DNA of 64,000 bases, from the NCBI GenBank assembly GCA_965279035.1, contig OZ257142.1:3648001-3712000 (forward strand), written 5' to 3'. Positions 39,649 to 52,000 of this stretch are shown piece after piece. The position numbers and the translations under genes are program-made. Below the pieces are notes generated by a model. It saw only the letters and a program-made list of their open reading frames with translations, was not told where the DNA came from and ran no database searches. Within the stretch, counting starts at the first letter, position 1. Every line of letters begins with the position of its first letter. The stretch comes from Bacteroidia bacterium. GTDB lineage: Bacteria; Bacteroidota; Bacteroidia; M30B66.

Positions 39649-40615
39649 TTGAATTAGTCATTTAAGCAATAATCATTTTATAAGTATATGGTTCTGCTTT
39701 TACCATTCTCATCATTAGATTTTCGAAGATTCCTTCATTCATTTTATGCCTGTTAAATCGATATGTATACTCATCAATATAAGGCTGTAAATGTCTAACA
39801 GAATGATGGACACCTCTAAGCCAAGCTTTAAACATCATTATTGTTCGATGGAGTTCTTTAAAATTCCTTCCTTTCTTCTCAGACTTTTCTTGAATTAGGT
39901 TCGGAAATTCAGACTCCAAGCCTTTATATCCAGCCCATTTATCAGTTCTAACATTCGCATTGGGAGCAATATGATCCCTCATAAATTCACTCAAATTCTT
40001 TTTGTTAGCTGTCGCCACAACTTTCCCATAGAATCTTGATACGCCTCTTGATTTCTTTTCAATGGCTAGAACTACAACTTTTTTCTTTCCTTCATTTCTT
40101 CCAATGGATTTATCATCTTGTCCTCCAACATATGTTTCATCAACATCAACTTTCCCTTTCATTGGATTTTTCTTACTGCTTTTCATTGCATTCATAACCT
40201 TTTGTTTAAACAACCAACAAGTCTTCTGCCCCAAATCAAGCTTTCTACTTAGCTCAGTACTGCTTATTCCTTTCTTGCTAGTTGATACATAGAAAACAAT
40301 ATAAAAAGCCTTCAGAATTGAAAATTTACATTTGTGAAACAGTGTTCCAGATGTTGGCGATTCTAAATGCCTGCAAACAGTGCATTGCCGCTCGTAAAGA
40401 CTAATGCCTTTACAAAAGTTTTTGTTCTTACATCGTCGACAGGAATAACCATTTGACCATTTCAAATTTGCCAAATATGCGTAACAACTTTCTTGATTTG
40501 GAAACTGAGCCTGAAAATCAAATAATGAAAGGCTTTTAAATTGTGCATTCATATTGTATCTTTTGATTGCCCTAAATTATTAAAGAAATCAATATTGACT
40601 AAACTACTAATTCAA
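39649..40615 (-). mobile_element. IS1595-family insertion sequence (967 bp)
   Basis: Imperfect 23-bp terminal inverted repeats (TTGAATTAGTCATTTAAGCAATA / TTGAATTAGTAGTTTAGTCAATA) and an 8-bp target duplication TTAATTTA at 39641-39648 and 40616-40623. Confidence 0.93.
39662..40552 (-). CDS. IS1595-family DDE transposase
   Basis: N-terminal zinc ribbon (CRRC...CTVC), HTH 'KKGISSTELSRKL', catalytic 'VDETYVGG', 'TDKW.GY' and 'YIDEY.YRFNR' motifs. Confidence 0.95.
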   Translation of the reverse strand: MNAQFKSLSLFDFQAQFPNQESCYAYLANLKWSNGYSCRRCKNKNFCKGISLYERQCTVCRHLESPTSGTLFHKCKFSILKAFYIVFYVSTSKKGISSTELSRKLDLGQKTCWLFKQKVMNAMKSSKKNPMKGKVDVDETYVGGQDDKSIGRNEGKKKVVVLAIEKKSRGVSRFYGKVVATANKKNLSEFMRDHIAPNANVRTDKWAGYKGLESEFPNLIQEKSEKKGRNFKELHRTIMMFKAWLRGVHHSVRHLQPYIDEYTYRFNRHKMNEGIFENLMMRMVKAEPYTYKMIIA

Positions 40616-40886
40616 TTAATTTAAATAGAAATTATCAAGAAGAATCAAGATGAGAAACATTTGAAGATGAAAATAAAGGCTGCTATATATTGTGATTTCT
40701 TTGAAAATCTTATTCTTTTTTAAATGCTAGATTCAAATTTAAATAATTAGTTAATCATTGAAAAATCCCCTTTTTTAAATATAAAACTTAAAAATACTAT
40801 CTCAAATACCTACCTAAAAAAGCTTCGTTTTTATTGGTTTTTTTTCAAAATTTGATTCCTTGAAATTAGTACTGTATAATAAACTT

Positions 40887-40920
40887 CATAAAAAAAGAGG
40901 ACCGAAGCCCTCTTTTCAAT
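40887..40920 (-). terminator. sdhCAB intrinsic terminator
   Basis: Minus strand GAGGGC-TTCG-GTCCTC plus U-tract, 17 bp after the sdhB stop. Confidence 0.88.
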
Positions 40921-40937
40921 CTTATAAAATGATTGGA

Positions 40938-41681
40938 TTAATCAATCGCGTTGGCTACTAAGAAATCGCGGTTCATGCGGGCAATGTTTTCGAGGCTGAT
41001 GCCTTTGGGACATTCTACTTCGCAAGCACCAGTGTTGGTACAGTTACCAAATCCTTCGGCATCCATTACTTCTACCATGCGTTTTACACGGATGTGACGT
41101 TCTGGTTGTCCTTGTGGTAATAAGGCTAGCTGGCTCACTTTTGCAGAAACGAATAGCATGGCAGAAGCATTTTTACAGGTTGCTACACATGCACCGCAGC
41201 CAATACAGGCAGCTGCATCGAATGCTTTATCGGCATCGGGTTTTGGAATAGGAAGACAATTTGCGTCAACGGCATTACCGGTATTTACGGAAACAAATCC
41301 TCCGGCTTGAATGATGCGATCGAAGGCAGAACGATCTACCATCAAATCTTTAATCACAGGAAATGCTTTTGCGCGGAATGGTTCAACTGTAATGGTTTCG
41401 CCATCTTTGAATTTACGCATGTGCAGCTGGCAGGTAGTTGTTCCTTCGGCTGGTCCATGTGCGCGACCGTTTATATGCATGGAGCACATTCCACAAATAC
41501 CTTCGCGGCAATCGTGGTCGAATGCTACAGGTTCATCGCCTTTGCGAACCAGGTCTTCGTTCAATACATCAAACATTTCGAGGAACGACATGTCTTCCGA
41601 CACATGATCCATGGGATATGTTTTGAATTCTCCTTTGGCCTGGTTGTTTTTTTGGCGCCAGACTTTCAGCGTGAGTTTCAT
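40938..41681 (-). CDS. sdhB: Succinate dehydrogenase/fumarate reductase iron-sulfur subunit
   Basis: [20 protein letters not shown] and [12 protein letters not shown] Fe-S motifs. Confidence 0.96.
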   Translation of the reverse strand: MKLTLKVWRQKNNQAKGEFKTYPMDHVSEDMSFLEMFDVLNEDLVRKGDEPVAFDHDCREGICGMCSMHINGRAHGPAEGTTTCQLHMRKFKDGETITVEPFRAKAFPVIKDLMVDRSAFDRIIQAGGFVSVNTGNAVDANCLPIPKPDADKAFDAAACIGCGACVATCKNASAMLFVSAKVSQLALLPQGQPERHIRVKRMVEVMDAEGFGNCTNTGACEVECPKGISLENIARMNRDFLVANAID

Positions 41682-41708
41682 ATGCTTGTTGTTTTAGGTC
41701 TGTTAGGA

Positions 41709-43625
41709 TTATTTGTAAGAACGTTGAACGAGTTTCACATTGTCGAACACCAATGGTTCTTTATGTAATTCTGCTTGTTGCCCTTCGCCTTTGAATTCCC
41801 ATGCTGCTACATAAGCATAGTTATCATCGTCGCGGCGTGCTTCACCGTCCTCAGTTTGATATTCTTCGCGGAAGTGACCACCACAGCTTTCGTTGCGGTT
41901 GTAAGCATCATCAATCATCAACTCTCCTAATTCAAGGAAGTCGGCTACGCGAAGTGCTTTTTCCAATTCTTGGTTGGTTTCGTTTGCCGTTCCGGGGATG
42001 CGCACATTGCTCCAGAATTCGGCACGGATATCCTGTACCATTTTCTTCGCTTTTTGCAATCCTTCGGCATTACGCGCCATTCCGCAGTATTCCCACATCA
42101 CCAATCCTAATTTCTTGTGGAAATAATCAACTGGCTCCTTGCCTTGAACACTCATCAACTTCTGAATTTTTGAAGCAACTTCTTGTTCTGCTTTAGCAAA
42201 TTCAGGATGATCGGTTGGAATTGATTTCGTACGAATGTCTTTGCTTAAGTAATCACCAATCGTGATCGGTAATACGAAGTATCCATCCGCTAAACCTTGC
42301 ATCAAGGCGGAAGCACCCAAACGATTTGCACCATGATCAGAGAAATTACATTCTCCTGTTGCGTACAAGCCTTCTACAGTCGTCATCAAGTTGTAATCAA
42401 CCCAAAGTCCGCCCATGGTATAGTGAACAGCCGGATAAATACGCATGGGTGTTTGATACGGATTTTCGCCGGTGATCTTTTCGTACATCTCGAACAAGTT
42501 TCCGTAACGCGCTTCAATTGCAGGTTGTCCTAAGCGGTTGATTGCATCACTGAAATCGAGATAAACTGCCATTTTAGAGGCACCTACTCCGTAGCCAGCA
42601 TCGCAACGTTCTTTCGCTGCACGTGAAGCAATATCACGCGGAACTAAGTTTCCGAAAGCAGGATAACGACGCTCTAAGTAGTAATCGCGTTCTTCTTCAG
42701 GAATATCAGCTCCTTTACGTTTATCGTCTTTTTGTTTTGGCACCCAAATACGTCCGTCGTTACGAAGTGATTCAGACATCAAAGTCAATTTCGACTGATG
42801 ATCGCCCGAAACCGGAATACAGGTTGGGTGAATTTGCGTGAAACAAGGATTTCCGAAAAAAGCTCCTTTTTTATGTGCTTTCCAAGCAGCTGTCACGTTA
42901 GAACCCATGGCGTTGGTCGAAAGGAAGAATACGTTTCCGTATCCACCTGTTGCAAGTACAACAGCATGTCCGAAGAAACGCTCTAGTTTTCCAGTAACCA
43001 TATCGCGAGCGATGATTCCGCGTGCTTTTCCATCAATCAATACCACATCCATCATTTCGTGACGGTTGTACATATCGACTTGCTTGCGACCAATTTGACG
43101 ACTTAAAGCAGAGTATGCACCCAACAATAATTGTTGTCCCGTTTGACCGCGTGCGTAGAATGTTCTAGAAACCTGAACACCACCAAATGAGCGGTTATCA
43201 AGCAATCCACCGTATTCACGAGCAAAAGGAACACCTTGAGCCACGCATTGGTCGATGATAGCAGTACTTACTTCCGCTAGGCGATGCACATTCGCTTCGC
43301 GAGAACGGTAGTCACCACCTTTCACTGTATCGTAGAAAAGACGGTGCACAGAGTCACCATCGTTAGCGTAATTTTTAGCGGCATTGATACCACCTTGGGC
43401 AGCAATGGAGTGAGCGCGGCGCGGACTATCTTGAAAGCAAAACACTTTCACTTTGTAACCCATCTCCCCTAAAGTTGCAGCAGCCGAAGCACCTGCAAGA
43501 CCAGACCCAACTACAATGACTTCGATGTGTCGTTTGTTGGCAGGATTAACTAGCGGAATGGTTGCTTTATAGCGCGTCCATTTTTCTGCAATGGCTCCTT
43601 GAGGAATTTTTGCATCCAATTTCAT
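41709..43625 (-). CDS. sdhA: Succinate dehydrogenase/fumarate reductase flavoprotein subunit
   Basis: [17 protein letters not shown]-binding motif, QIHPT, HYTMGG and GANRLG motifs. Confidence 0.96.
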   Translation of the reverse strand: MKLDAKIPQGAIAEKWTRYKATIPLVNPANKRHIEVIVVGSGLAGASAAATLGEMGYKVKVFCFQDSPRRAHSIAAQGGINAAKNYANDGDSVHRLFYDTVKGGDYRSREANVHRLAEVSTAIIDQCVAQGVPFAREYGGLLDNRSFGGVQVSRTFYARGQTGQQLLLGAYSALSRQIGRKQVDMYNRHEMMDVVLIDGKARGIIARDMVTGKLERFFGHAVVLATGGYGNVFFLSTNAMGSNVTAAWKAHKKGAFFGNPCFTQIHPTCIPVSGDHQSKLTLMSESLRNDGRIWVPKQKDDKRKGADIPEEERDYYLERRYPAFGNLVPRDIASRAAKERCDAGYGVGASKMAVYLDFSDAINRLGQPAIEARYGNLFEMYEKITGENPYQTPMRIYPAVHYTMGGLWVDYNLMTTVEGLYATGECNFSDHGANRLGASALMQGLADGYFVLPITIGDYLSKDIRTKSIPTDHPEFAKAEQEVASKIQKLMSVQGKEPVDYFHKKLGLVMWEYCGMARNAEGLQKAKKMVQDIRAEFWSNVRIPGTANETNQELEKALRVADFLELGELMIDDAYNRNESCGGHFREEYQTEDGEARRDDDNYAYVAAWEFKGEGQQAELHKEPLVFDNVKLVQRSYK

Positions 43626-43639
43626 AGGTCGGGTGATGA

Positions 43640-44332
43640 TTAATTATTCAAAAGGAAAAACAGTGGCATAGCGGCAAAGAGAGCCGGAATGATGATCGCA
43701 AAAACACCTACACCAATTCCTTTGATGATGGGAGTGTATTTGTGGTGATTGAGTCCAAGTGATTGGAAAGCACTAGAGAAACCATGAAATAAGTGGAACG
43801 CCAATGCGAACATGCAAACCACGTAAAGTACCACGTACCATACTTGTGTGAATGCTTCGGAAACGATGAGGTACATGTCTTTGTAGAGGATATCGCTGCC
43901 ATCGTAATTGATAGTTGGCATGTGTCCAAAGTGCATTTCGAACCAGAACGATTTCATGTGAATGACAAGGAAAGTAAGAATAAGTGTTCCTAGTATGCCC
44001 ATGTTACGAGAGCTCCAAGTAGAACTTTTACTTTGGTTCACCGTGGCATATCCTTGAGGACGAGCGCGACGGTTAGCAGCTATAAGCATGAATCCATCGA
44101 GCACATGCAGGAGAATGAGTGCATAATTGACATAAGACACAATCTTGATGAGCGGATTGTGTGTCATGAAATAGGTGTATTCGTTGAAGGCTTGTCCGCC
44201 GTCGTCTTTAAAAAGCTGCAAGTTTCCGATGCAGTGAACGATGAGGAAAGTACAGAGGAAAAGGCCTGAGAGCGCCATGAGGTATTTACGCCCGAGTGAT
44301 GATTTAAACAGACCTGCCGAGACAGTAGCCAT
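43640..44332 (-). CDS. sdhC: Succinate dehydrogenase cytochrome b subunit
   Basis: '[22 protein letters not shown]', five TM helices, heme-ligand histidines; first gene of the operon. Confidence 0.93.
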   Translation of the reverse strand: MATVSAGLFKSSLGRKYLMALSGLFLCTFLIVHCIGNLQLFKDDGGQAFNEYTYFMTHNPLIKIVSYVNYALILLHVLDGFMLIAANRRARPQGYATVNQSKSSTWSSRNMGILGTLILTFLVIHMKSFWFEMHFGHMPTINYDGSDILYKDMYLIVSEAFTQVWYVVLYVVCMFALAFHLFHGFSSAFQSLGLNHHKYTPIIKGIGVGVFAIIIPALFAAMPLFFLLNN

Positions 44333-44536
44333 AAGAAAGGTTGGTTTTTAAGATGGTGTGCAAATGTAGACAGCGAGGTGGTTCATTGCAACATTCCTAC
44401 AATCAGTTTTGCACTCGTTAATTACCAGATTAAAATGAAATTGTTTTCAAATAAAATAATTCTAGAACTGAGTAATGAAGCACAATTGCAAGAAATTGAA
44501 TTGAAAAATAGAGGCTTTCAGGTCGTTCGTTTTCTT

Positions 44537-44555
44537 ATTTAGAATGATAATAAAT
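44537..44555. promoter_or_regulatory. Candidate Fur-like box (ATTTAGAATGATAATAAAT)
   Basis: 19-bp AT-rich imperfect palindrome between the divergent sdhC and lipoprotein genes; similar to 54089-54109. Confidence 0.4.
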
Positions 44556-44693
44556 TATCACCAAGAGGGATTGAATAGTAAAATATGAAATGATTGTCAG
44601 TAATGAAGAATTGAATGTTAAGAAAAGTGTTGAGTTGTTATCTGATTCAAATTTAAAAACAGGTTAGGTTTGGGAAATCTATAAAACCCAAAG

Positions 44694-45458
44694 ATGAAAC
44701 TAACAACACGCCTTATTCTATTTCTAGTTGCTGGAAATATGGTTTTGAGTTCTTGTAAGAAGGACAAAGAAGAGGAAACTCCTACGCCAACGCCAACGCC
44801 AGCTGCGCCTGGAAATCCAAACCCAGCTCCTGATTCAGCATTTGGTGCTTTGGTAGCTATTCAAACTTCTAATTACATTACAGTTCCATTGGTTGGAGAA
44901 ATCAATCAGCCTATTGGTGTTGCTTTAGGTGTATTTGGGAATTTGATAACACCAGCTTATGTAGATGCAGGAACAGTAAGTGTAAACGCTTCTGCATTAA
45001 CGAAGCAGAGTAATGGATCGTATGTGTTCACACCATCAGGGACAGCAACAACAGGAATTGATTTTGGAGATGAAGTGCATTGGATTGCAAGTGGAAATGC
45101 AACAACATCGGTTCCTGCAATTGATGTGATGGTAAGTCGTCCAGTTCCAACGGGACCAAAATATTCTGGAGCGACAAGTATTCCAATCAATGCTGCATTC
45201 ACATTGAGTTCATCCGTTACAATAGCAGATGCTGATTCCATTTATTACAGTGTGATTGGCAATGGAGCAACGGTACAAAAAGTTGTTGATGGCAATGTAC
45301 AATCGGTGACTTTTTCGGCAGCAGAAATGACATCTTTAGGAGCAGGTGGTGGTTATGTACAAATTGCCCCGTATAATATTAGCTCGCAATTGATTAGTGG
45401 AAAAAGAATCTATTTTGTAAATGAGTCCGTTGCTACGAAATCGGTAACATTCCAGTAA
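44694..45458 (+). CDS. Hypothetical surface lipoprotein
   Basis: Lipobox 'VLSSC' followed by KKDKEEE (resembles the Bacteroidota lipoprotein export signal) and a PT linker. Confidence 0.8.
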   Translation: MKLTTRLILFLVAGNMVLSSCKKDKEEETPTPTPTPAAPGNPNPAPDSAFGALVAIQTSNYITVPLVGEINQPIGVALGVFGNLITPAYVDAGTVSVNASALTKQSNGSYVFTPSGTATTGIDFGDEVHWIASGNATTSVPAIDVMVSRPVPTGPKYSGATSIPINAAFTLSSSVTIADADSIYYSVIGNGATVQKVVDGNVQSVTFSAAEMTSLGAGGGYVQIAPYNISSQLISGKRIYFVNESVATKSVTFQ

Positions 45459-45477
45459 AAATATATTTCTTAAATTT

Positions 45478-45512
45478 AAAAGAGCTGTTGAAATTCAACA
45501 GCTCTTTTTTTT
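45478..45512 (+). terminator. Intrinsic terminator
   Basis: AAAAGAGCTGTTG-AAATT-CAACAGCTCTTTTTTT. Confidence 0.9.
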
Positions 45513-45627
45513 GCAATTCAAATTAGGGTTAAATCACCTATTAATATATTTTAATCACATAATTGATTTTGATTCATCTACATTTGCCATTGTCGGGGGC
45601 GATACATTGGAATTAATATATCGCGTT

Positions 45628-46047
45628 ATGCTAGAAAAGAGATTTGTATTATTGATAGATGATGACCCGATTCTCATTTACATTGTAGAACAACAGTTCA
45701 AAAAACAGCTTTACTGTGATGAAATATTGTCTTTTGACAATGCTGAAAATGCTGTTGAATACCTAGAGAATCCAAACAATCCAAGGCCTGATCTCATTTT
45801 ACTTGATATCAATATGCCGGGTATGAATGGATGGGATTTTTTGCAGGTTTTAAAGAATGGTAGCATTCCAAATTCCTGTGATTTGAAGGTGGCAATACTT
45901 TCCTCATCTGTAGATCCTCAAGATCATATTCGGGCAGAGGTGTATACAAATGTGCTTAGTTTCATGACCAAGCCATTGAATATCGATCTGCTGAAAGTTT
46001 TGTTAAATAAATCAACTCCCGAATCTGAAATCCAATCCGGGAGTTGA
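45628..46047 (+). CDS. Single-domain response regulator (CheY-like)
   Basis: 'LLIDDD', 'PDLILLDINMPGMNGWDFL', 'LSSS' and 'KPL' motifs; start moved to the ATG at 45628. Confidence 0.9.
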   Translation: MLEKRFVLLIDDDPILIYIVEQQFKKQLYCDEILSFDNAENAVEYLENPNNPRPDLILLDINMPGMNGWDFLQVLKNGSIPNSCDLKVAILSSSVDPQDHIRAEVYTNVLSFMTKPLNIDLLKVLLNKSTPESEIQSGS

Positions 46048-46054
46048 TTTTCGA

Positions 46055-49000
46055 TTAACGTTTAACGATGCGCTTAACAAGGTTGATTTTAGGACTGAAT
46101 ACTTGAATGGTATAAACACCCGGCATGCGGTCCTTCAAGCTAATTTCAAAACCTGCTAAATCAGTATGTTTCACCGTTGCTGAGCCAACGAGATTCCCTG
46201 CTGCATCGGTAATCGACATTTGATAAATTCCTGCTTCAGCACCTGGTAATTGAAGTGTAAAGCTTTCTTCAAATGGGTTTGGAAATACTTGCAATTCATG
46301 CTCTGCGGCAGTATTAAATTGCACCATTTGAGGATTGTAAATTCGACGAGCACCATCGAAATCGGTCTGAACCAAACGATAATAAGAGATACCATGAATC
46401 GGTTTCATATCAAGTGCTTGGTATGATTTCAAGGCGTTTGAATTTCCAGATCCATCAACACGAGCAACCTCTTCGAAAGAAATTAAATCAGCACTTCGCT
46501 CAACAGTAAAGAAATGATTGTTGCTTTCACTAGCAGTTGTCCAATCCAATTCCACATGATCTTTCACTGCATCTGCTTTAAAGCTGAGTAATTCAACCGG
46601 AAGTGGATTTTGAGTATTAGATGATCCCATTGTGAAAGGACTAAAACTTGTCACCGCACCTGATGTTCCAATTGTTTGACCTACAATTCCGCCATTACCA
46701 TGATCTTTCCATTGTGTTCCATTCCAACGAACCACTTTCAAATCAGAAGAGCTAGTCACACCACCCGAAACATAAGTATCCCAACTCAATGTTACTATTA
46801 CATTGGATGATCCACCTGTGCGGTTTAATATCCAATATTCGTTCGTACTGATGTGGTTGATGGATGCGTCTTTGGATGAATGCGAATAGGTAGCATTTGA
46901 ATTCGACATGAAATATTCAGCGGTAAAATGATCGGTAGCAACTGCTGGTGCAGCAATTTGTATTGGACGATAGTACCCTACTTTTCCAACAGGGAAAGTA
47001 AAAGCAGTATTTCCAATTTTACGAATCGGTCCATTGATGTATGAATTGTTTGAAGCCCCAGTTGCCGTAACACCACTGTTTAATACCAACAAATTGCTCG
47101 ATGTCGTGGTCATTGTACCCGTTGTGAGAATTAAAGCACGAGTAATTGACAAAGAAAAATTCGGTGTGAGTGTTGTTCCAACAGTTTTTGCTAATTCGAG
47201 ATTAACAACTACTGGAAGTTTTGCTGCATCGGCCGAAAAGGTTTGATTGGCAGCACCATCAAATACTAATTTTCCTGTAGCACTTCCTGCCAAGGTATAA
47301 GTAATTAATGTAGTAGAACCTACCGAAGTTACATTCCCTGCAAAGGTTACAGGCATTGAATACGCAGGATAAAGCTTAGTTGCACTGGTTGAAAGAAATG
47401 TCACATTACCATTGTAATCATCGGTTGTAGTAGTTGCTTGACGCCATTCTCCCGAACCTGTGCTATTTAAAGTCGTTGTTCCATTAAACACATTTCCTCC
47501 TAAACAGCCAACAGTAGCTGAGCCATTATTTTGAAGCGTTGTAGTACCATTGAATGTTCCACCATTGAGGAAAAACTGATTAAAATTCAAATTCAAAGTA
47601 CCTGCGAATGAAGTTCCTGTTTCCATGTATGCAGAAACACCATTGGTAGCATTACTTAATGTGATAGCCGCAGTTCCTGTTTGTACAAAGCGACGGAAGC
47701 GAAGCGATCCAGATACAAATCCACCTCCACCAAATGCAAGCGAAGCAGTTCCTGCAAGTACCGAAGAGCCATTTGCTCCTTGACCAAAGCGAATTCCTCC
47801 AGCAGTTCCAGTTGAAGTCATGGTAATTGTACCATTAAAGGTTGTTCCAACTCCATTATTAGCCATGTATAGAATGGCTGTATTTCCCGAAACATTTAAT
47901 GCCAAAGTTGAATTGTAGGTATCGACCGTTGTATTGCTTTGTGTCCAATTAGCAGCACCAGTTAAATTGAACGTTGTAGCGCCATTGAAGGTATTTCCTC
48001 CATTACATGTGATAGCTGTTGCTCCATTTTGGGTAAATGTTCCAGCGGCGAAGGTTGTTCCGTTGAGATAGATTTGAGGTGCAACAACTGTCATTGCACC
48101 AGTAAACGTATTTCCGGTTTGGAAATAAAGGGCGTTGGTTGTTCCTCCAATTGCTAATGAATGCGCCGTTGTTCCAAGTTGAGATGTATTGCGGATGTAC
48201 AATGAACCTACAGGGAATCCAACAGCAGTACAAGTGAAATTAGCACTTGCTCCGATTTGAGCTGTCCCAGTTCCTTGACCAATACGAATCCCTTGGGATG
48301 AACCACTTGATTCGAAAGTACAAGCTCCGTTAAATTGAGTTAGAACACCATTGAAGGCTAGTTGAATGAGATTTGATCCAGTATTGCGAACAAGCAAGGT
48401 GCTTGAAAAAATATCGGACGTTGAATTAGCAAGCGTCCACTGAGCTGTACCAGAATTAATCAAGGTTGTAGCTCCACCAAACGTATTTCCTCCATTACAC
48501 GTAACTGCTGTTGGACCATTTTGGGTAAAAGATCCAGCAGCGAACGTAGTTCCATTTAAAAATACCAAAGGAGCAACAGCCGTTACAGTTCCTGTAAGTG
48601 TATTTCCAGTTTCAAAATAAAGAGAAGCCGTTGTTCCACCTAGAGTTAAACTGTGTGCAGCAGAACCAAGTTGAGTTGTATTGCGAATACGCAAAGCTCC
48701 TGCAGTAAAACCGATAGCGGTTGATGTAAATCCAACACCTGCACCTATACGGGCAGTTCCGGTGTTTTGTCCGATACGAATTCCTTGTGAAGTTCCTGTA
48801 GATTCAAACGTAACATTCCCATTGAATTGGTTGAGAGCACCGTTGTAGGCTAAATGCATTAATCCACTTGAATTGTTTCGTGCCAATAAAGTTCCATTGA
48901 AAACATCTGGGCTAACATTCGAAAAGAGCCATGTGCCAGTTCCACTGTTTACAAGAGTAGTTGCAGCACCAAATGTATTTCCTCCATTCGAATTGATAGA

Positions 49001-52000
49001 GAACGTACTGGTTTGTTCTAAATAGGCGGTGTTAGCGTAAGTTGTTCCGTTGAGATATAGCTGAGGAGCGATAAACGTAACTGGACCATTAAAGGTATTA
49101 CCCGTTTCGAGGTACATCGTTCCAGATGCTCCAGTAATCGTAATTGCTTGAGCAGTTGTTCCAACTTGAGTTAGATTACGAATACGCAATGAACCTGCAG
49201 AAAATCCTCCAACTCCAACAGAAATTGTTTTTGTAGCGGCCAAAGTGGATGTTCCGTTATTATTTCCAAAACGAATTCCTCCTGAACCATTGTAGGAACT
49301 GATTACAACATTTCCGTTAAACTGATTTCCTGCTCCAGTTTGTGCAAGTTGGATTAATGAATTTACGCCCGATGCTACCACATCCAATGTAGATTGGAAA
49401 ATATCGGCCGAAGTATTTGCTAATGTCCAAGTAGCTGTTCCAGAATTTGTAAGCGTTACGGCTCCAGTAAAAGTACATCCACCAGCAGAAGTTACTGCAG
49501 CAGCTCCTGTTTGAGTGAGCGACAAAGAATTGGCGAAGCTCGTTCCATTCAAGAAAATTTGAGGAAAATTAACCGATACAGCAGCATTGAAGGTAGAACC
49601 AGTTTCGAAATAAATACTTGTTGTTGCTCCGGCAGAAGTAAAGGAATGAATGCTCGTTCCTAATTGGGTAAAATTCCGGAATCGTAAAGTTCCTGCAGTA
49701 AAACCATCTGTCCCTATTTGGATTTTTTTACCCGATATTAATGATGTTGTTCCACCACCTTGACCAAAATAAATTCCTCCGGTAGCATTAGTACTGTTAA
49801 TATATACATCATCATTGAAAACATTTCCAGCTCCTGTATGAGATGCATAAATACCTCCTGCACCTAATGAGGACAAGGTTGTAATTGCACTGAACGTATT
49901 GGCAGTTGTTGTAGCCAATTGCAATGCACCAGAACCTTCGTTAGTAATACTAGTTGTTCCTCCAAAGACAATACTTCCAGACCAAGCATTTGTTGAAGCA
50001 CCATTTTTACGAAGCGTTGCCGAGTTATTGAACGTTGTATTATTGACAATAAGCTGAGGAAAATTAAAGTTGACAGGTCCGTTAAATTGGCAACCTGTTT
50101 CAATTTGAAACAAAGCCGTTCCCGAAGTTTGTGCTATAGTTTGAGCTGTTGTTCCAGTTTGAACAAAATATCTCAAAATGGTTGATCCTGTACTTAAGCC
50201 TGAAACACCAGCTGAAATGGAATATGAATCAGCCAAAGTTGATCGACCGTTATTTTGTCCAAATCGGATTCCTTGTCCAGAACCGGATGAATTCAAAATC
50301 AAATTCCCATTAAATTGGTTGCCAACCGCTGTATGTGCGAGATAAAAAATGGCATTTCCAGTTTGAGTAATTGTTGTTGTTCCATTGAAAATATCTGCAT
50401 AGGTATTTCCTAAAGCAATTTGTCCTGCAACAGGATTCGTAAAAGTAATATTGCCATTAAACGTACAACCTCCAGCACATGTATTTGCAGTTGCTGCTCC
50501 TTTTGTGTAGGTAAAGCTTCCGTTAAACGTTGTGCGATCGAGGTTGATGTTTGGAAATGTTAAAGCAACTGGACCGTTGATGATTGTTCCTTGAAGAAAT
50601 CCAATTGTGGCCGAACCACTTGCTTGTGTAAGTGAAATTCCATCCGATCCTAAACGAGTAACACCTTTTAAATTCAAAGTACCAGCAGTGAATCCATCAT
50701 TATAAAATGCTATAGTACTTGTTCCTGAAATGCTAGTTGTTCCAGCAGTTGTTCCAAATCCGATTCCTCCTGTGCTCGAATTATTCAAGTAAAGATTCCC
50801 ATTAATCTGACTTCCCGTTCCTGTTGCACTCATGTTAAGAGCAGCAGAAGTTGCATTATTATCTAGGTAAACACTTCCGTTAAAAATATCTGGCAAAGTG
50901 CTCGACATCGTTACAGCTCCATTTCCATTCAGGTTGAAAGTAAAATCTCCATTAAAGGTATTTCCACCCACCGAAGTCACAGCAGTTGCCGACATTTTAG
51001 TAGCAGTTATGCTATTATTAAATGTGGAACTTTGAAAGGTGATGTTTGGGAATTGAAGAGTTATTGGGGCATTGAAAACCGCATTCAACTGAAATGCGAA
51101 AATGGCAGAACCAGTTGTTTGGGTGATGGTGATAGGAGTTGTACCTAGTTGTGTAAAATAGCGGAAACCGAGTGTCCCGGCTGTGCATCCATCATTCCAA
51201 AGCTGAATTGTTTTTCCTGAAGCAAGGGTTGAAGTTCCACCGTTTGCTCCGAAATTAATCCCTGCAGAATTCATGTTAACGTAAATATTCCCATTAAACT
51301 GATTTGCTGCAGCAGTATAAGCCATGCTGATAGTTCCTGTTCCAGAATTATCATCTAGGTAAAGATCATAATTGAATATATCGGGTGTAACAGCAGCAAA
51401 TTGAATATTTCCACTGTTGGTTTTTACGATATAAACAGGGGCATTAAATGTACATCCACCATTCCCTGCTATGTTTCCATTTCCATTTTTCGTAACACGT
51501 AAGGTATCATTGAATGTAGATCCGCTTAAGTGTACAAATGGGAACGTACAGGTCACTTTCCCAGTAAATGTTGAATTTTGTTCGAAACGAACACGACCGG
51601 AAGCTGTTCCAGTTAGTGTTATTTGAGCAGTTCCAGATTGAGTTAAACCTCGAATATCCAATTCACCATTTGTAAAACCATCAGCTCCAACTACCATTGT
51701 TTTACCACTTGCCAAAGTAGATGTTCCACCATTCTGTCCAAAGCGAACACCGCCTGTACCTGTAGAATTTACAGTTACATTTCCGTTGTAATGTGTTCCA
51801 GCAGCAGTTCTTGCAGCGTAGATCACACCGTTTCCGAGAGCGCGAAGATTAAGTGTTTGATTATACGTTGATGCAGTTGTATTTTCTAAATAGATGTAAA
51901 AAGCTGTCGAGTTTGACAAGACAACTGAACTATTGAAAGTACACCCACCATTACAGATATCATTAGTTCCTCCTGTTTTAGATAAATTAACAGTACCGTT

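Noticed and set aside
41307-44269. Plus-strand ORFs overlapping sdhCAB
   Set aside because: Antisense to highly conserved genes and without recognisable motifs.
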